Shown here: positions 27,601-41,640 of the stretch, in pieces | Position numbering within the stretch: position 1 is the stretch's first letter | Layout: every line of letters starts with the position of its first letter | Assembly: GCA_965202585.1 (NCBI GenBank) | Contig: OZ241830.1 | Span: 61,628,001-61,692,000, forward strand | Direction: 5' to 3' | Length of the DNA stretch: 64,000 bases | Source: Thalia democratica | Taxonomy: Eukaryota | The notes under the pieces: generated by a model | The model's database searches: none | The model's input: the letters and a program-made list of their open reading frames with translations, nothing else | Told to the model about the DNA's origin: nothing | Translations under genes and position numbers: made by a program

Positions 27601-30600
27601 ATGTAAGCAGCTTATATAATGTGTAGTTTAAATGTCATAATTTTCTTACGATTTATTATTTTCGAAATATGTTAACTCTAAACTGTATTTGATATCGGTA
27701 TTAATTATATTTAATAAAAATTTTAAAACTGTGGTTATTATATATATAAATAGATTTTTATAAACATGTTTATGTATTTTATTTCAGTTGTGGTCATACC
27801 TTGTGCATAAACTTTTTCTAAGTTGTGTTATTTCGGTCTTTAAAAATTTTGTCATAATATATAATAACAATTGTGCAATAAACAAAAATAAATACGAACA
27901 TTTTTATGGTAACATCTGAACACTGCACAAACAAGGCCTCACATGGTCAAAACTACAACAATAAAAATATTTTCAACATGTGATAAACAGCACTAATATG
28001 AAAAAAAACAAAACAATATACGTGACTTAGAAACACCCAATTAACACCACTTTTATGGGTAGGCTTGAAGCAATACGCACTAATTATGTCACAACTTTTT
28101 GCTTAATGACCTACAACATATGTTCAAAGGTCATAATCTATGGAAAAGAATTTGTATACTTATCACAACAAAATAATAAAAAGTGATTAGTATAGATAAA
28201 TAGTGTTGCAATAAACTATCTTTTTTTTTTTGGTTTATTGAACTTACATAATTTAAATTCAGATCTCAGTTAAAGGAGTGAATATGTGCATACATGTAAG
28301 ATAAAACTGCAATAAGTTTTATTTAGATTAAAATTTATCAGTAATTGATAACCTTAATACTCTTTGATAATAAATGCATTATAACTTGCAAAAATTTCAA
28401 AACAGGAAAGCTTAATTTTATCCAATAAAGTTTTTTTAGGATAAATTAAGTAATGTCTAATTTAATTTAATCATTTTATATTGCATTTAGAAGCAATTAA
28501 AAACAAATTATCGAGTAATTACCTCTTTCTTTTCACCTTCCCTGTAAACTTCTTTCACTTTAAACTTTCCGATTTGATTCTTCCTCGGTTGCAATTTTCT
28601 CATGTCCTTTTCCATTTTGTAGTCGTACTAATATTTCAATTATTTTATATATATAAATTGGATACATTTCATTTTACAATATATGAAATAAGTGTTTTAC
28701 ACTTTTTAATATACTTAATTATATCAAGTATAGTTCATAATAATTAAGTTTTGTACGAAATTTAAGTTAAAAAAAAATTTAACTAAAAATACTTTTTTTT
28801 ATTAAATCATTGTAATTCTATACTATTTACTTTGTTAAAAAAATTGTAATCACTTTTTAATTTACTTTAATAGCAATAACATTTAATACTTTATTACAAA
28901 CATTTTTAAGCAAAATTCTGAATTTTTGAGTTTTTAAGCTGTAATGCAAAAAATATTTTAAGTTAATATTTCTTTGTAGCATAAAAACCTTACGTATTTT
29001 TTAATTAAACCCACAAAATTTAATATTTTAATATTAAAATGCTGTGCAATTTGTTTTCTTTGTTTTGCTTTTTTGTATTTATACAACAAACAATACAAAC
29101 TAATCTCAATTTATGTACAATAAAGCACTTGTTTTTAGTTAAACTTTATAAAGAATTGCTTTCGTACTATAAAAATTGGTATGTTTTTAATAAATTGTAT
29201 GTAAGTTAAGCTTGAAACTAAGTATAAGATCAACAATATAATGTTAAGTTACTTTAAATAAATCTTGACAACTAATACTTTTTACAAGCTTAAACAAGTA
29301 GGGCTAAAAATGGTGGAAAGCAAGTTTTAAGAATACTTATGAAAATAAAATTAACTTTAATTAAACAGTATACCAAATAACTAAAAACATTGTAAATACA
29401 AACTGCACAGCAATACTATTCTTAAATTTACCCTTTAAAATTCACCTAACACTTTTTTTTTGCAAAGCAATCACCTACAAACTCAGTCACCTTACACTTG
29501 ATATTTAAAAACTCGGTAGTTTTAAGCTTTCTTTTGCCTTCAAATTAACGATAGCAAGCTTTTAAAATGCATTGCAATTTAAATCCTTAAATTAAACTCC
29601 AAAAACTTCAAAATTAAATGTGTGAAAAAACCTATTGAAAACATTGTAAACGCTAATGTGTTAATAAATAAACAGAGCAAGATTAACTTTATAATTGCAA
29701 TATCACTTAAGTCTTATGCATGCAACACCCTTGTTTCAAGGCAAGTTATTTTCTTGTGGTTTATTAAAAGCAGTTTCTTACTATTTCGTTTTCTCTGTTG
29801 TTGTACTGTAATGGAACAAAATGTTTGCGTTGATTGAGAATATACAAACAGATGTAAGTTTAGTGTGATTAAAGAAACGTTTTTATTAAAACAGTTTTGA
29901 TTTTGTACAATACAAAATAAACTGAAAGTTAATAAACGATACTACAGATTTTAGTATGTGTTAAACTAAAACAAAAATATATTGCCTTATTCTACAATTA
30001 AATATTTATGTTTTATTTAACTAACTTTTAGTAACACTAAGTTAAAAACAATAATTAACTATACCTAATTTTTTTGGAATTTTCTCATACACATTTACAG
30101 CTATTGAAAAAGAAAATATGACTGTTGAAAATCACTTCAGATCTTACTTAAAATCACAGTCTTATAACTTCGCACGTAATATGAAAGTATCACTTAAAGT
30201 TCATACAAAACTCTTCAAATTGCGGACAAATTGAAAAATTAGGCACTTACAGATCGGTTGTTTACTTATCACTTTATTTAAACTTTTCTTTATTGTTTAA
30301 ACACTTATTTTTTATGATTTAAAACTGTTAAAATGTTCCATATCATTTCATGAGCTTCATATTCTTTATCAACAAAAAGAACGGTTTGACTCTGTTTACT
30401 TACTTTATACCTTACTGTACTATAATAACAATCTTAAATTTTATCAATAGCTATGTACTTAATATCATAGTATCACTTAGAGTTCACATCAAACACTTAT
30501 GAAAATTTCACTCACAGACGGGTGGTTTGCAATGGTGTCGCCGCTTTCTTCCATGCTCTTCATGGCCTCCTCAGTCCTTTTGATCTTTTCAACTTGGCTC

Positions 30601-31303
30601 TTCACGTGCAGGGAGTAGAAATGGAACATAATCGTCGGCGTGCTTATTGCAATCAGCTGTTATGTGAGTTGCACTTGTGCTTATTTATTACTCACTACTT
30701 AAAACACTTCATTTTAATAGCTTACTTTTTTAACTATAAAAAAATTAACAACAATAAAAATTTTAGTTTGTTACATTCCATAATATTGCTAACTTGAAAT
30801 TGATGTATTTTTTAAAATTTCAAATAAAAATTTACAATAACAAAAACTCATAAGAATATAAATGGAACCTGAAAAGCCCAGAACCTCATGTGGGAAATTT
30901 TAGCAAAGTTGTTGTAGCACATGTTCTCGCAACCAACTTCCTTGACCGAGCACTCGAAAGCTCCCTGTTCATCGCCGTACACTGCAAAAAAACAAATGTT
31001 TAATAATTTTAAAGTTTGAAAAAAAAATTATGACAACTTGTTAAGTCAACTTACCTGATCCACCCAATGAGGTTATGACAACTAGCCTGTAACCGAAAAC
31101 CAAAATGTACCAGAACTTTCCCAACCCGCTTGAGTAGTTGGTTACCTGAAATTTTATTTTAGATTTAAAATGTTTCAAAAATGAATAATAGCAAATTTAA
31201 AAACATAAATTAACTTGAAAAAAATATTTTCTTAATTGTAAGACAAAACAAAAAGAAAAGCAAAATTTACCTGTGTAGCAATGCTATCAATCATAGACCA
31301 CAT
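18626..31303 (-). CDS. Connexin (gap junction protein), 409 aa, 11 coding exons; complement(join(31303..31271,31145..31055,30981..30869,30656..30516,28627..28523,25696..25589,24108..23920,23579..23461,22269..22165,20534..20428,18744..18626))
   Basis: All 10 introns GT-AG, frame continuous, 1230 nt. Connexin hallmarks: N-term MWSMIDSIATQVTNYSSGLGKFWYILVFGYRLV; E1 loop VYGDEQGAFECSVKEVGCENMCYNNFAKISHMRFWAFQ (C-x6-C-x3-C); TM2 LIAISTPTIMF; TM3 AFIVSLIIRLAVEILF; E2/TM4 CWVSRPYEKTVFLRYMNIVSFICMLLTLLEV. No one-to-one vertebrate orthologue can be assigned from sequence alone. Confidence 0.95.
19679..19705. repeat. (TA)n microsatellite
   Basis: tatatatatatatatatacatatatat in connexin intron 10. Confidence 0.8.
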
Positions 31304-32929
31304 ACTGAGTGGTTAGTTTGTCAAATATGGAGCTTAAAATTATTTATAAAGTATATATATACTCCTTAAAATTGTCTGTAAAAAAGTAATAATAATTATC
31401 TTTTGTATTTAAAGTATATGAAACATTTTAAGAAAACTAGTTTCAAAACTAGTTTGAAAACTACTTTATTTATTTTGTTTTTTTTCATATGTTACTTATG
31501 TTACTTATGTTTAAAAATTTAACTTTTTTTATATATTTATTCTTAAAGTATTAATAACTACTTTAATTTCAAATTTTTGCATTATTTTATTACTTTATTG
31601 TCAGCTTTTATAAAATATAATACTTTTTAAATCTAAATAAAAACTGATAACAAAAACTTGGTAAAATCTTGTTATAACAAGTTATAAATTAAATTAGTAT
31701 AGTAACTGCATATATAATGTCATGACTTTTAATTTTATAAACAAGTAATTTGAAAATGTTATATTCTACAGCCAAGAAGTATTTTTTTAACTTCAAGCAC
31801 GACTGTGTATTTCAAAAACAAAATACAAATTTATCAACTTCAGCTTATATGTATTGCATACCCCCTAACTACAAGTAAAAGATTGAGACACTAATTTTAA
31901 AAGTTTAAAGTTTTTTCTTTTTTTTTCTCTCTCTTCTCTTTACTTCAATCACACTGAGATTTAGTGCGAAAATAATTATTCTTATTTGTCTTAAATTTAT
32001 TAATTCATAAATTAATTTAGTACTTTAAACTTTCACTAAACCAAACTAAACATTTGAATTTTTTTTAACTTTCTTATTAAAACATCTTTTTAATTTTTTC
32101 TATCATTCCATAAAAAACTTTAAAAAAGTTTATAAAGTATCAATATATATTTATTCATTTATAAAATTGAAAGCTTAAAATGTTGTTTAAATAAACAAAC
32201 TGGTTTCTTCTAAAATCAAGTAGTTTTACACCTTTAGACCAGCTTAATTTCGTATTTTTTAACAACAAACTAACTGTTTTGAAATAAAAATTTAAAAAAA
32301 TTATTATATTTAATGCTTAATTTATTTCCTGCAATCATACTTAGTCCTAAGGCTAGATTAAGTTTGCAACTTTCTACAACGTTATCAAGTTATGGTTTAT
32401 GATAGCTTAGTAATACTACTTCAAAAAATATAAAATAAGTACTAGATGGCTTTATTCTATTAGTTGTAAAATTCCAATAGATAAAACTTCTTTCACACCC
32501 TGTAAAAACTATTGAGAAAATACTTAAGTAGTTTGTTATACATAACAAATAAATGAAAAAGCTGCAACAATACATAAAACTATTTTGAAAATTTGGTATT
32601 ATTATTAACATTTGCAGCCTTTCAATTACTCAATTTATTATTTTTACTAAGCTTCTATTGGTTATCAATTGGTAATCATTGAACTGTGTATAGATCACAC
32701 TTTTTATTTTTAATTATTGTTTATGTACTTTATTATCGTACTAAAAGTTTAAAATTTTAAAACAATATATTTATCAATTTCTATGAAACTTTTAAATGAT
32801 GCTAATAAATTTAAGTTTTGAATAATTATTAATGTAATTCATATAACAGTCTTTTTTTTATTTTTATCACTTTTTTCACAACTTGATCATATTTTGTAGA
32901 GTTTTAAGTAAGCTATAAATTGCATTTAG

Positions 32930-33299
32930 CTGGCTCATTATGGGAGGCTCAAACTAAAACAGCAAACAAATATAAATTACTTAAAATCTACCTCCTACCT
33001 ATGTTTTTAGAGATAAATACCTGAACTTTTTAGGAAAATCTATCAAAACAAAATATAAAAAAAAATTACTTTTTAATTTAGAAGGACATAGGTAGATAGA
33101 CTTTAGTAAGATTGTAATTTTTGCCCTTTTAGATTGCGCTTCCCATAAGGATTCTATTGTACTCTTAGACTTTAACCGGCTATATCTCAAAAATTATTTT
33201 GAGTAACAAAAATTTGTGAAAGGCAACTTGTAGCTTACTTAAAACTGTACAAAATTAGATCAAGTTTAGAAAATTGGTTTACCCCCTCTCCCGATGCCC
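32930..33299. mobile_element. Truncated second copy of the foldback MITE family at 57900-58574
   Basis: Shares ATGGGAGGCTCAAACTAAAAC, TTCCCATAAG..CTATTGT, CTATATCTCAAAAATTATTTTT, TGTAGCTTA, TTTACCCCCTC...ATGCCC|TTAA. Left arm is truncated. Confidence 0.8.
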
Positions 33300-33455
33300 T
33301 TAAAAACTTTAATAGTTGAATATTGTAAGATAAAATCCATTAGTCAACAGATACTCAAATAAAAAATGTCATAAAATATATCTTTATTTAAGATTTTCTT
33401 TACTAGTATTTTAATAAAACATTGTCCTTGACAAGACAATAAAAAATATCAAATT

Positions 33456-33562
33456 GGTGTGCGACTCAATAACCAAAAGGTTTTTTTGTACACCAGGTCT
33501 TAGGACCAAACATTTTGAGCCCTTTTATTTGTTGTTCAATAAACAATATATTATGCACAATA
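33456..33562 (+). repeat. Dispersed ~110-bp repeat, copy 2
   Basis: GGTGTGCGACTCAATAACCAAAAGGTTTTTTTGTACACCAGGT...GTTCAATAAACAAT aligns with 3667-3775. Confidence 0.7.
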
Positions 33563-35586
33563 AACATCAGGCAGACTTATAGATTTAAAACCCATTTAAA
33601 CTCTGCTATGCCAGACAACAAGAACAAAAAATTTTAGCAGCATCTTTTTAGTTTAAACATTAAAAAAATAAAAATAACTCAAAGATAACTTCATAAGACC
33701 AAAATTTACAATCAATTGAACACTTTAAAAAAATATACTTTATCAGTTCAATAGATCAAATTTTTCAAACTGAATTATTTACACAAACAGTTTAAATTAC
33801 TATGTTAAAAAGAACAGCTTTAGTATAGTATATTGTACAACATATATTGCATGGGATCAATTAAAAGTAATATTTTCAATATTTTATTTATAGTTCAATT
33901 ATTTTTGACCTAATGGTTTAGGGTTTGTACTGACAGCTCTTTAAGTTGAACTATACAAGGTTAAAACCCAGTGTTAGACACATATAATAAAAAATGTTTT
34001 ACATAGACTAACAAAAATTTTTTCAACTATTTTATTTAGCAGTTTGGTTTAGGACTTGTGCATCTTCTTTTCTAGAGTCTGTTAACATTGGAGAATGTTA
34101 ATAAAAATTTTCCAGCAACTATCCTCTCTTTTATTATTTTTTATGTGTATTGACCACTGGGATCCAATTTTGCAACATTCAACTCAAAGAATTAGGACCC
34201 ATCAGGCAAAACAACTTTTACTGTTGATATCCCAACCTTTAAGTGTTTGCCAAATACTATGCCACCAAGAACTTTAACAGTAATTAAGACAAATTAGAGC
34301 TGAAAATCGTTTTAAAGTGACAAGTGTCACTAGAAAGTTTGTCAAAACACTCACTAACTTTAATGTTTTTATTTAATTTTTAGAAAATTTTGTAAAAAGT
34401 TTCAAAGGTGCAAAAATAAAGTTGTATGATGATAAAATCAAACAAGAGTGGGTAATGTCTTATCACTCGAAAAGAAAAGTCCCACGATATTATCGATTTT
34501 GTTTGCTTTAAAAACATAAATAATTACCTAACATCTGTCTTACAACTAGACTTCAAAATAGGAAATAAGAATGTCTTAGAAAAATTAAAGTTTACACGAA
34601 ATTAGAAGAAAATTATTTACACTTTGCAACCAAAAACTTACCTTATTTTAATCTTTTTCAAAAAATAATTTATAACTTTAGGCTGTTTTACTGTTTAGCT
34701 AGTATTTAAACTTAGAAAATAACGACTGTGACTGTTAGTTAAAACTTTTTATTTAAATCTGATGTTATGTTCTAGATGAGAGCATTATTAATGTTGGCAA
34801 CTTTGAAAGTTTAACAATGTAACTTAGTGTTTTAGTTTTCTTGCTTAAGTACTAAAAAATAAAACTCGTAAAATCTATATTGTCACCGTAGGTCGATTTT
34901 TATTAAAAAACATACTAACCTAACTAAATAACCAAATCAACAGACAACTTATAATTAATCTATTTAAAAATGTATACAGCTGTATACAAAATTTGTTTTA
35001 TAAAAAGACAAGATAACATTTAAAAAAAATATTCGGAAATTAAGTTTAAAAAACAAAAATAAACTGCTATTTTTTACATTTTAAACGCAAGTAACATATT
35101 TAATTATTTTTCTTTCGATTCAAACTAAAGTTTTAGGTTTTCAAAAACTTTATATATGCAAAATACCTACAATTTTGATTTCAATTTTGACTTTAAAAAC
35201 TTAAAAAGTTTTGCTTGAGTTGCTAAACTTATTGGTTAAATAAATGTTTATAAATTATTATTTTATAAGTAATATAATAATTTATATTTAACAAGTTTAA
35301 ACAAGACTTTTTTGAATTTCAATAAAACAATGATATATAACATAAGTAGTTTATTTAAAACGAGTTTTGTAATGAAATTTTTTGATAAAAGTGAAATAAA
35401 AACTTCTTAAAACTAGAGCATACAGCAAAAGTACACACTTCCGGTAAAGCAGACTTTCTCGTTTAAAAAATAACAAAATCTCATCATCCCTTGTTTGTTC
35501 AAAAAACTTGAGCAAACCACTTAAATAAACAAAAGCAGATTCACCTCTGTGTTCTAGATGCTTCTCAGACGTTTCTCTCGGCATAC

Positions 35587-35750
35587 CTCTTCAAACGCTC
35601 TTTAAACAGTAGAAAATCTTCACGCTTCAGTTGGCAGTTGCCTAGCGATTTCGGCGCAAGGTTCTGCCTTCGACGTGTATAATTGGTCAAAGTCCGCTAA
35701 TTTTCGTAATTTTCCGGCGAATTTACTCTCGTTTGATGCCGGTTTCAGTT
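35587..35750 (-). promoter_or_regulatory. CpG-rich patch: candidate promoter / non-coding first exon of the connexin
   Basis: CpG-rich island in AT-rich DNA ~4.3 kb upstream of the ATG. Minus-strand donor GAG|GTATGC at 35587/35586; unpaired acceptors at 31375 and ~31332; DR1-like GGTCAAAGTCCG at 35685-35696. Confidence 0.3.
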
Positions 35751-38700
35751 CAAAGAACATTTTTTAGTAGAAAACTTCACTTTTCATTATGCAATTTTAG
35801 TTGAAAATCAATTTTATGTGCATCAAAACTATATATGTTTTGATACACCTGTTTTTGTTAAAACTGTACTTGTTCAAGATATTTTACACCAGTTATATAA
35901 ATAAACAAAACTGAATAGTTGTTGTTAGAGCGTACTGTTAATTGTTATTTTAGAAAACTTTTTTATTTTTCTGATGATGAACAAAGTATTTTGGATAGTG
36001 TAAAAAGATTTTTTAAATTAAATGAAAATCGAAAAAAAATTGGTGTGAGTGAAGTTGTTGCAGTAAATTTTGCTACAAATCTAAAGTTTCGAAACAAATT
36101 TGTAACATCTAATAAACGTAAGTAGCAGTGAGTTTTAGGCTTAACTTGTGTAAGAATATAATTTAATTAAAACAAGCATACGACTTAAATATAAAAATAG
36201 GATAACCATTACGTTTTTAGTATAAACTTTTAAACAATATGATAATTTCTGATGTGTTTAATCTAGCATGTTTTTTTTTTCAAGCAAAATTTGTATTTCA
36301 TAATCTTTCGCCTTAAAGACAGTATAGATTTGTTGTTCGCTGACACACAGTCGTTATAGACGAGGGGTCAAAAGTCAACCAACGTACGGCTTATTACTGT
36401 CTGTTAACATATGGCAGTGTGTTCACTTGACGAATGTGGTTAAAATTTCTCGTTAGCTAAGATGGGTTTAATTGTTTCTAATGTTTGTGAATATCATTGA
36501 GATAAGATTGTGTTTATATATATAGTTATTACAGCTGAGTTAAAATGGGGAAAAACTGAAACTAATTACAAAACGATTACCATGTCTGTAATGAAAACCG
36601 CTTTTTGTTTTAACTAGATTAGTTGCAGCTTCTGAGTTTAAAATTTCATAATCTATGTCGCGACAAACTTTGAAGCAAAATTTTTACTTATTGAGAATAA
36701 AAAGCGAGTATAATTTCACATTCCTTTTTGCTGGGGTTATCCAACACTAATGTGCAGGAATCATAAAAAAGCAATAAAACTGCTGGTAGTTTCTTTGAAG
36801 TTTAACATTTTAAGGTCTATGCTTTGAAGTTTTAAAATATTTTATAAGCTTTGGAAAATTTTACCTTTCCTTTAAAAACAAGGCTGTATTTTATAGAAAA
36901 CGTATACTTTATAACTTTTCATTTACTTTTTAACGAAACCTTACCATACAACTCTAACAAAATTAAAACAGATATATGTGTTTTTTTTTTGTATACAAGT
37001 TATACGTAGATTACAGAAGGTTTAAATTGTAAACAATTTTTATTGTAATATTATTATTATCTTATGTGATAAACTTAACTATTCTTTTTAAACTCTCGAC
37101 TTTAGGTTATACCGTAGGTCATTTATTTTTCTTCGTATAGGAAAATCAAAACTTACTATTTCTAAAAAGGAAATTTAGGAAAACTTTTAAGGAAATGTAA
37201 AATTATATAATTTCAAATTAAAAACAGTGTTTCTGTTAATATTTTATTATAAAACGCAAGCTTAAACTTTTACTATTTTTTCTAAAAATGTTTTTATGAA
37301 TTTGATAGTCTTAATAAAGAATAATTCAATTCCTAAAACTTAACTAAACTGTATAAAAACTTCAATATTAAAAAAAAAAGTTAAAAGTAGATTAAAAAAA
37401 CTAAAGACAGTTTTGTTTTTAAGGGTAAAGTCCGTCTAAATAACTTTGTATTTATATCATTCTTTCCTTTAGTGTTGTATAATTCGTTTACTTTAAACTT
37501 ATTTTCATACTTTGTTCTCCTAATATCTTTTCCATACTTCTTGTATTTATGATAGTTGGTCTATAAAGTAACACTTTAACTTTTTGATTGTTTGAAAAGG
37601 TTTCAAAATTCTGTAAAAACCGTGATCTGTAAAGAATTCTACTGTTGAACTCAGTAAAGAATTAAACTTTATCTCAAACTGTTTTTTATCTCATTACAGT
37701 ATTTATATCCTTTTTGGTCAAAAGCTAATTAAAATGTCAAAAACAATTTAATTGAAAATAAATTAGCTTCGAAAGATTTATACTCAAACGTAAAATTATT
37801 TAAATCAAAATAAAAAAAAACAAAAGTTGTTAATTCAAAACATAATAAAAACAAAAAACAAATTGAAAACGTTTTGTAATTGTTTAAAAAAAGTAACATT
37901 AACTCGATAAAATAAAACATCAAAAAAAAATTAATATACATTTTACTCACAATTACATTTAACATTTAATTATTCATTAATTACTAACAACTATTTTATA
38001 AACAGTTTAGATGAATATTTAACTTTGGTAAAACAATCTTACTGCCTTGCTGTATATAATTTGTATCTTAATTTGTCTCTTATAACTTATGAAGTAGGAT
38101 TTTGAGCATAGACTAAAATGTAATTTTTTTAAAGTTAAGCTTACATGGTTTAGCTATAAAGCTTCATATAAAAATTGAAAAATGTAAATCTTACTTTATT
38201 ATTAAGACTTATCTAATTCTATTATCAAATTAAAAATACTTCAGTCATTTAGTGATTGTCATAACTTTGTAACAGTTTATAAAATTTTTACCACATTTGT
38301 TATTAAATTTTTGTTTAAAATTATTTAGTAAATTTAAAATTACTATAAAGGTTAGAAGTAACCTCAAGTAAATTGCTTTTAAATTTTACAAATGGTTTTT
38401 TTCATGATTGTTTTAATGTTTGTGTTAAACAAAAAATATTGTACTCAAATTAAATAATTTTAATATAATTCACTTGATTTTGATAATCAGGTTTTAACAT
38501 AAAAACATTCTATATTTCTGTATAAATAACATATTTTATGTATAAATCTAAAAACTACTTGTCTGAGTCAAAAACTGAGTATTGAATTATAGGTAGTAGT
38601 TTAAAACGCTTATATTAAAACATAATTTTATAGACTACATCAGTGTTTCCCAAACTCATTTACCAAATCGCCCCCTTTTCAGAAATTTGAAAAAAATCGC

Positions 38701-40383
38701 CCCCCAGAAATTTTATTAAATCTTTTTATTTTCGAGTACGCACTTTTTAGTCTAAAAAGTTATATTCGAACTGTAATTTAGTCTTGAACTTCCTATGCAC
38801 AAACTTTTAGGCTGTGTTCAAAGTAATTTACAGGGCTTGAGAAAATAATTAAGCCAATAAAAGTGTATTAAAATAATTAATTATTTAAAATCCTTATGGA
38901 TTCTGTAATCAATTCTGTAAAAATATAATTTTTTTTGGAACTAATTAACCCTTAGGTTAGTGGTGGACAACTTTTGTAGTCAGCTAGTCATATTTACAAA
39001 AAAAATATTTTCTAGTTTCGACTTAGTATAAAAAAATTACTTGTGGGCTGCGTAATTAAAAAACTCGAGCAAAATTGTAATAAGTGATTTGATATTCTTG
39101 TGATCTAGGAAGTACTATTGTGAACAAAAAACAAAATTGAAAGTGTGTTTCAAAATATTAAGTATCAAAAAACTAAATTTTATTCGTTTTGCACAAATTA
39201 TTTCCAGGTTATTTAGCGGGCCGAAATTTGACTGGATCTGGACCGTACTTTACCCATCTAAAATCTTAACTGAAACCTGACACTATAACAATTTCTAATA
39301 TAAATAATTTCGGACATTTAGAATTAAAGCTAAGTAATTTATTTAAGCCGCAAAATATACTTTAATGATTTTATAAATAAGCATATTCTAAAATTACTAC
39401 ACCAGAGACTAAAAAAGCTACAAAAGAATGAACAGTTTATTTTACACATAATGTAATAGATATTAAAACATCATTGCTGATCTAGGTTGAGGGAGATTGA
39501 CCCACTGGTTGATTATCTCACATAAAAACTAGTTTCATCAATAGCTTCTGCTAATACAGTAAAATTAATAATTTCAATGCTAAGAAATATCATAAGCAAG
39601 TCAGTTGTAAAGTTAAAAATTAATTCAAAAAACTTTTAACTATATTTTTTGTAGTAGAAAACCATTAATTAGTGTTTTATTTGGAATAACCTTTGAAAAA
39701 TTAACCTTAATTCTAACAACATTTTTTTATTTATTTAAATTCAAAAAAATAAAAAGGTTTTACAGCTAATTCTGTGAATAGAAAGTAATCAATTTAGGAA
39801 AAAATTAATTAGGTTGAATTTTTGTTTTGTAATTGTAGCAGTCTTTTTGATGGCTTATTTAGTTATGTTCAGAAATGAATTTTTAATCTGACTATCAGCC
39901 TATAATAATTTAACATAGTAAAATTGTGAAAAATTAAAAGCTAGGATTAAACTATTGAAATATACAACACATTTTAACTTTCAAAATATTTTGAATTAAG
40001 ATAAGACAAAAAAACAGTTGTACTAAAAGTTTAAACTTCCTTTAAATATAACTTTTTTAAACAATAATAATTCAACTTAGAAAATAAAATTAGTTTTACA
40101 ATTATTAAAGTGTAAAATTTGAAGTCATTTCAAATAGAGACCTCAAATCTATACTCTTTTTTGGCCAAAAAAAGCTTTATTGAAATAAAAACTTTAATGG
40201 TTATCAAGATTTTTTAATTTATACAGATTAAACAACTGATAAGAAAAATCTGTCAAACAATTATTTTTCACTATCTTATAAAAACTTTTTGTGTAATGTA
40301 AAACGACAAATATATACTACAAAATTAACCAGGTCAAAACAAAACTACAATTAACTTAAAAAATGTAAACTACTTAATAAATA

Positions 40384-40695
40384 CAGTAAACTTCCGCTTA
40401 AGTTCACACTTTGAACAAAACCAAAAAGTGCGAACTCAAGAAATCATGATAATATTTTTTACAAAATGGCAAATTTTAATATTTTGTAATGTAATAATGT
40501 TAGAAATAAACATGAAATCAACTAAAACACAAAATAAGCATTCATTAAATACAACACATCTATATAATATAATGTATTATAAAAGTCGTTATTTTATTAA
40601 TAATTAGTTAGTAATAGACTTAATTTTAGTCAAACTAAAAATATTAAATTTGCATTTTTTTTGGTAAAATCGCGAACTCAAGACGAAGTCTACCG
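40384..40695. mobile_element. Tc1/mariner-superfamily (pogo/Tigger-like) MITE nested in the hAT element
   Basis: Flanked by TA on both sides. TIRs CAGTAAACTTCCGCTTAAGTTC vs reverse complement CGGTAGACTTCGTCTTGAGTTC (17/22 identical). Confidence 0.7.
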
Positions 40696-40873
40696 TAATT
40701 AGTATTCATTGGGCACTAAGCAAACCTGTTATAGAATAGTAACGTAATAGAAATTTAATCATAAAAAGACTACTTAAATACAATACAAGCCAGGTTAAAT
40801 AAAAAACATTTTAAAAAATCAAAAAAAAAATGGAAAAACGTACAGAAAATAATGTATGCTACTGAAGTCTAAT

Positions 40874-41640
40874 CTAATGTGAAGGATGAGCTTCATGGCT
40901 GCTTGTAAGTTTTTTTATATCTAGTTCTAAACAAGTTAAATAAAGCTTCAAGACACCTCCTTTAAATATATATAGACTAGATCTTTTGCTCAAGAAGTTG
41001 ATAACTGAACTGAAAGTTCTCTCAATAATATAGCTAGAATGAAAAGCTATAAACAAAAATCTAACTTCCTCCAAAATGATGGGATACTTTTGCCTTAGTT
41101 TTTGTTGAGTTCAAAAGCATTCACATCGTTCTTTGTAAAGTTTTACTTTAAGTTTAAGGCCAGTTTGTAAGTCTGAGGTTTCCTGTAAGTCAACATTTAT
41201 TGATAAAAAGATCTGCTTCGAAGGGATCTATAATCTACTTTGGAACGTTTAATTTTAAAATGTCATTAAACCAATTATCAATATAACATTTAAGCTGTTC
41301 CAGATGAGATGAAAATACTTCTACTTCACCTTCACTTATTTGAAGTCTCAAGTTTTCCAAACTAAAAACTGATTATTTTTGAATTTTTTTCCATACAGTT
41401 TAAGTTGGTTTCTGAAACTAGTTAGCTTACTTTTGACTTTTACTAGATTCAAGTTTTGTTCAGATGGTTAAACTTACCATATAAGTCTGACATATAAGCA
41501 TTGTCTACTTTTCTTTCAACATGGTTGTTTGCCAATACCATATACTTTTCAGAAAAAGATCAATAACTGATTAAAAACAGCCAAAAACCTTTCCAAAAAG
41601 TTTCCTTTTGATAATCATCCCACTTAAGAATGCATTATCG
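40874..41640 (-). pseudogene. Degenerate hAT/Charlie-type transposase, C-terminal part
   Basis: Frameshifted fragments AYxSDLYGKFN, NLNLVKVKSKLTSFRNQLKLY and terminal LFIAFHSSYIIERTFSSVINFLSKRSSL...GVLKLYLTCLELDIKKLTSSHEAHPSH*, which is the typical Charlie/SCAND3-like C-terminus. Upstream boundary approximate. Confidence 0.85.

Noticed and set aside
30247-30400. Minus-strand GTAAGT donor suggesting an extra connexin exon
   Set aside because: The upstream segment is AT-rich and stop-containing, and exons 4 and 5 already join in frame.
28481-30797. Plus-strand ORFs at 28481-28747, 29622-29837 and 30522-30797
   Set aside because: Antisense to connexin exons 4-5 or intronic AT-rich noise.
33880-34310. 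Slightly GC-richer block resembling a decayed retroelement
   Set aside because: No recognisable RT/endonuclease motif in any frame.
39400-39560. Possible CR1/L2 LINE 3' fragment (minus-strand IINQWVNLP resembles the RT C-terminal WNxLP motif)
   Set aside because: Single short motif with stops around it; cannot be supported without a profile search.
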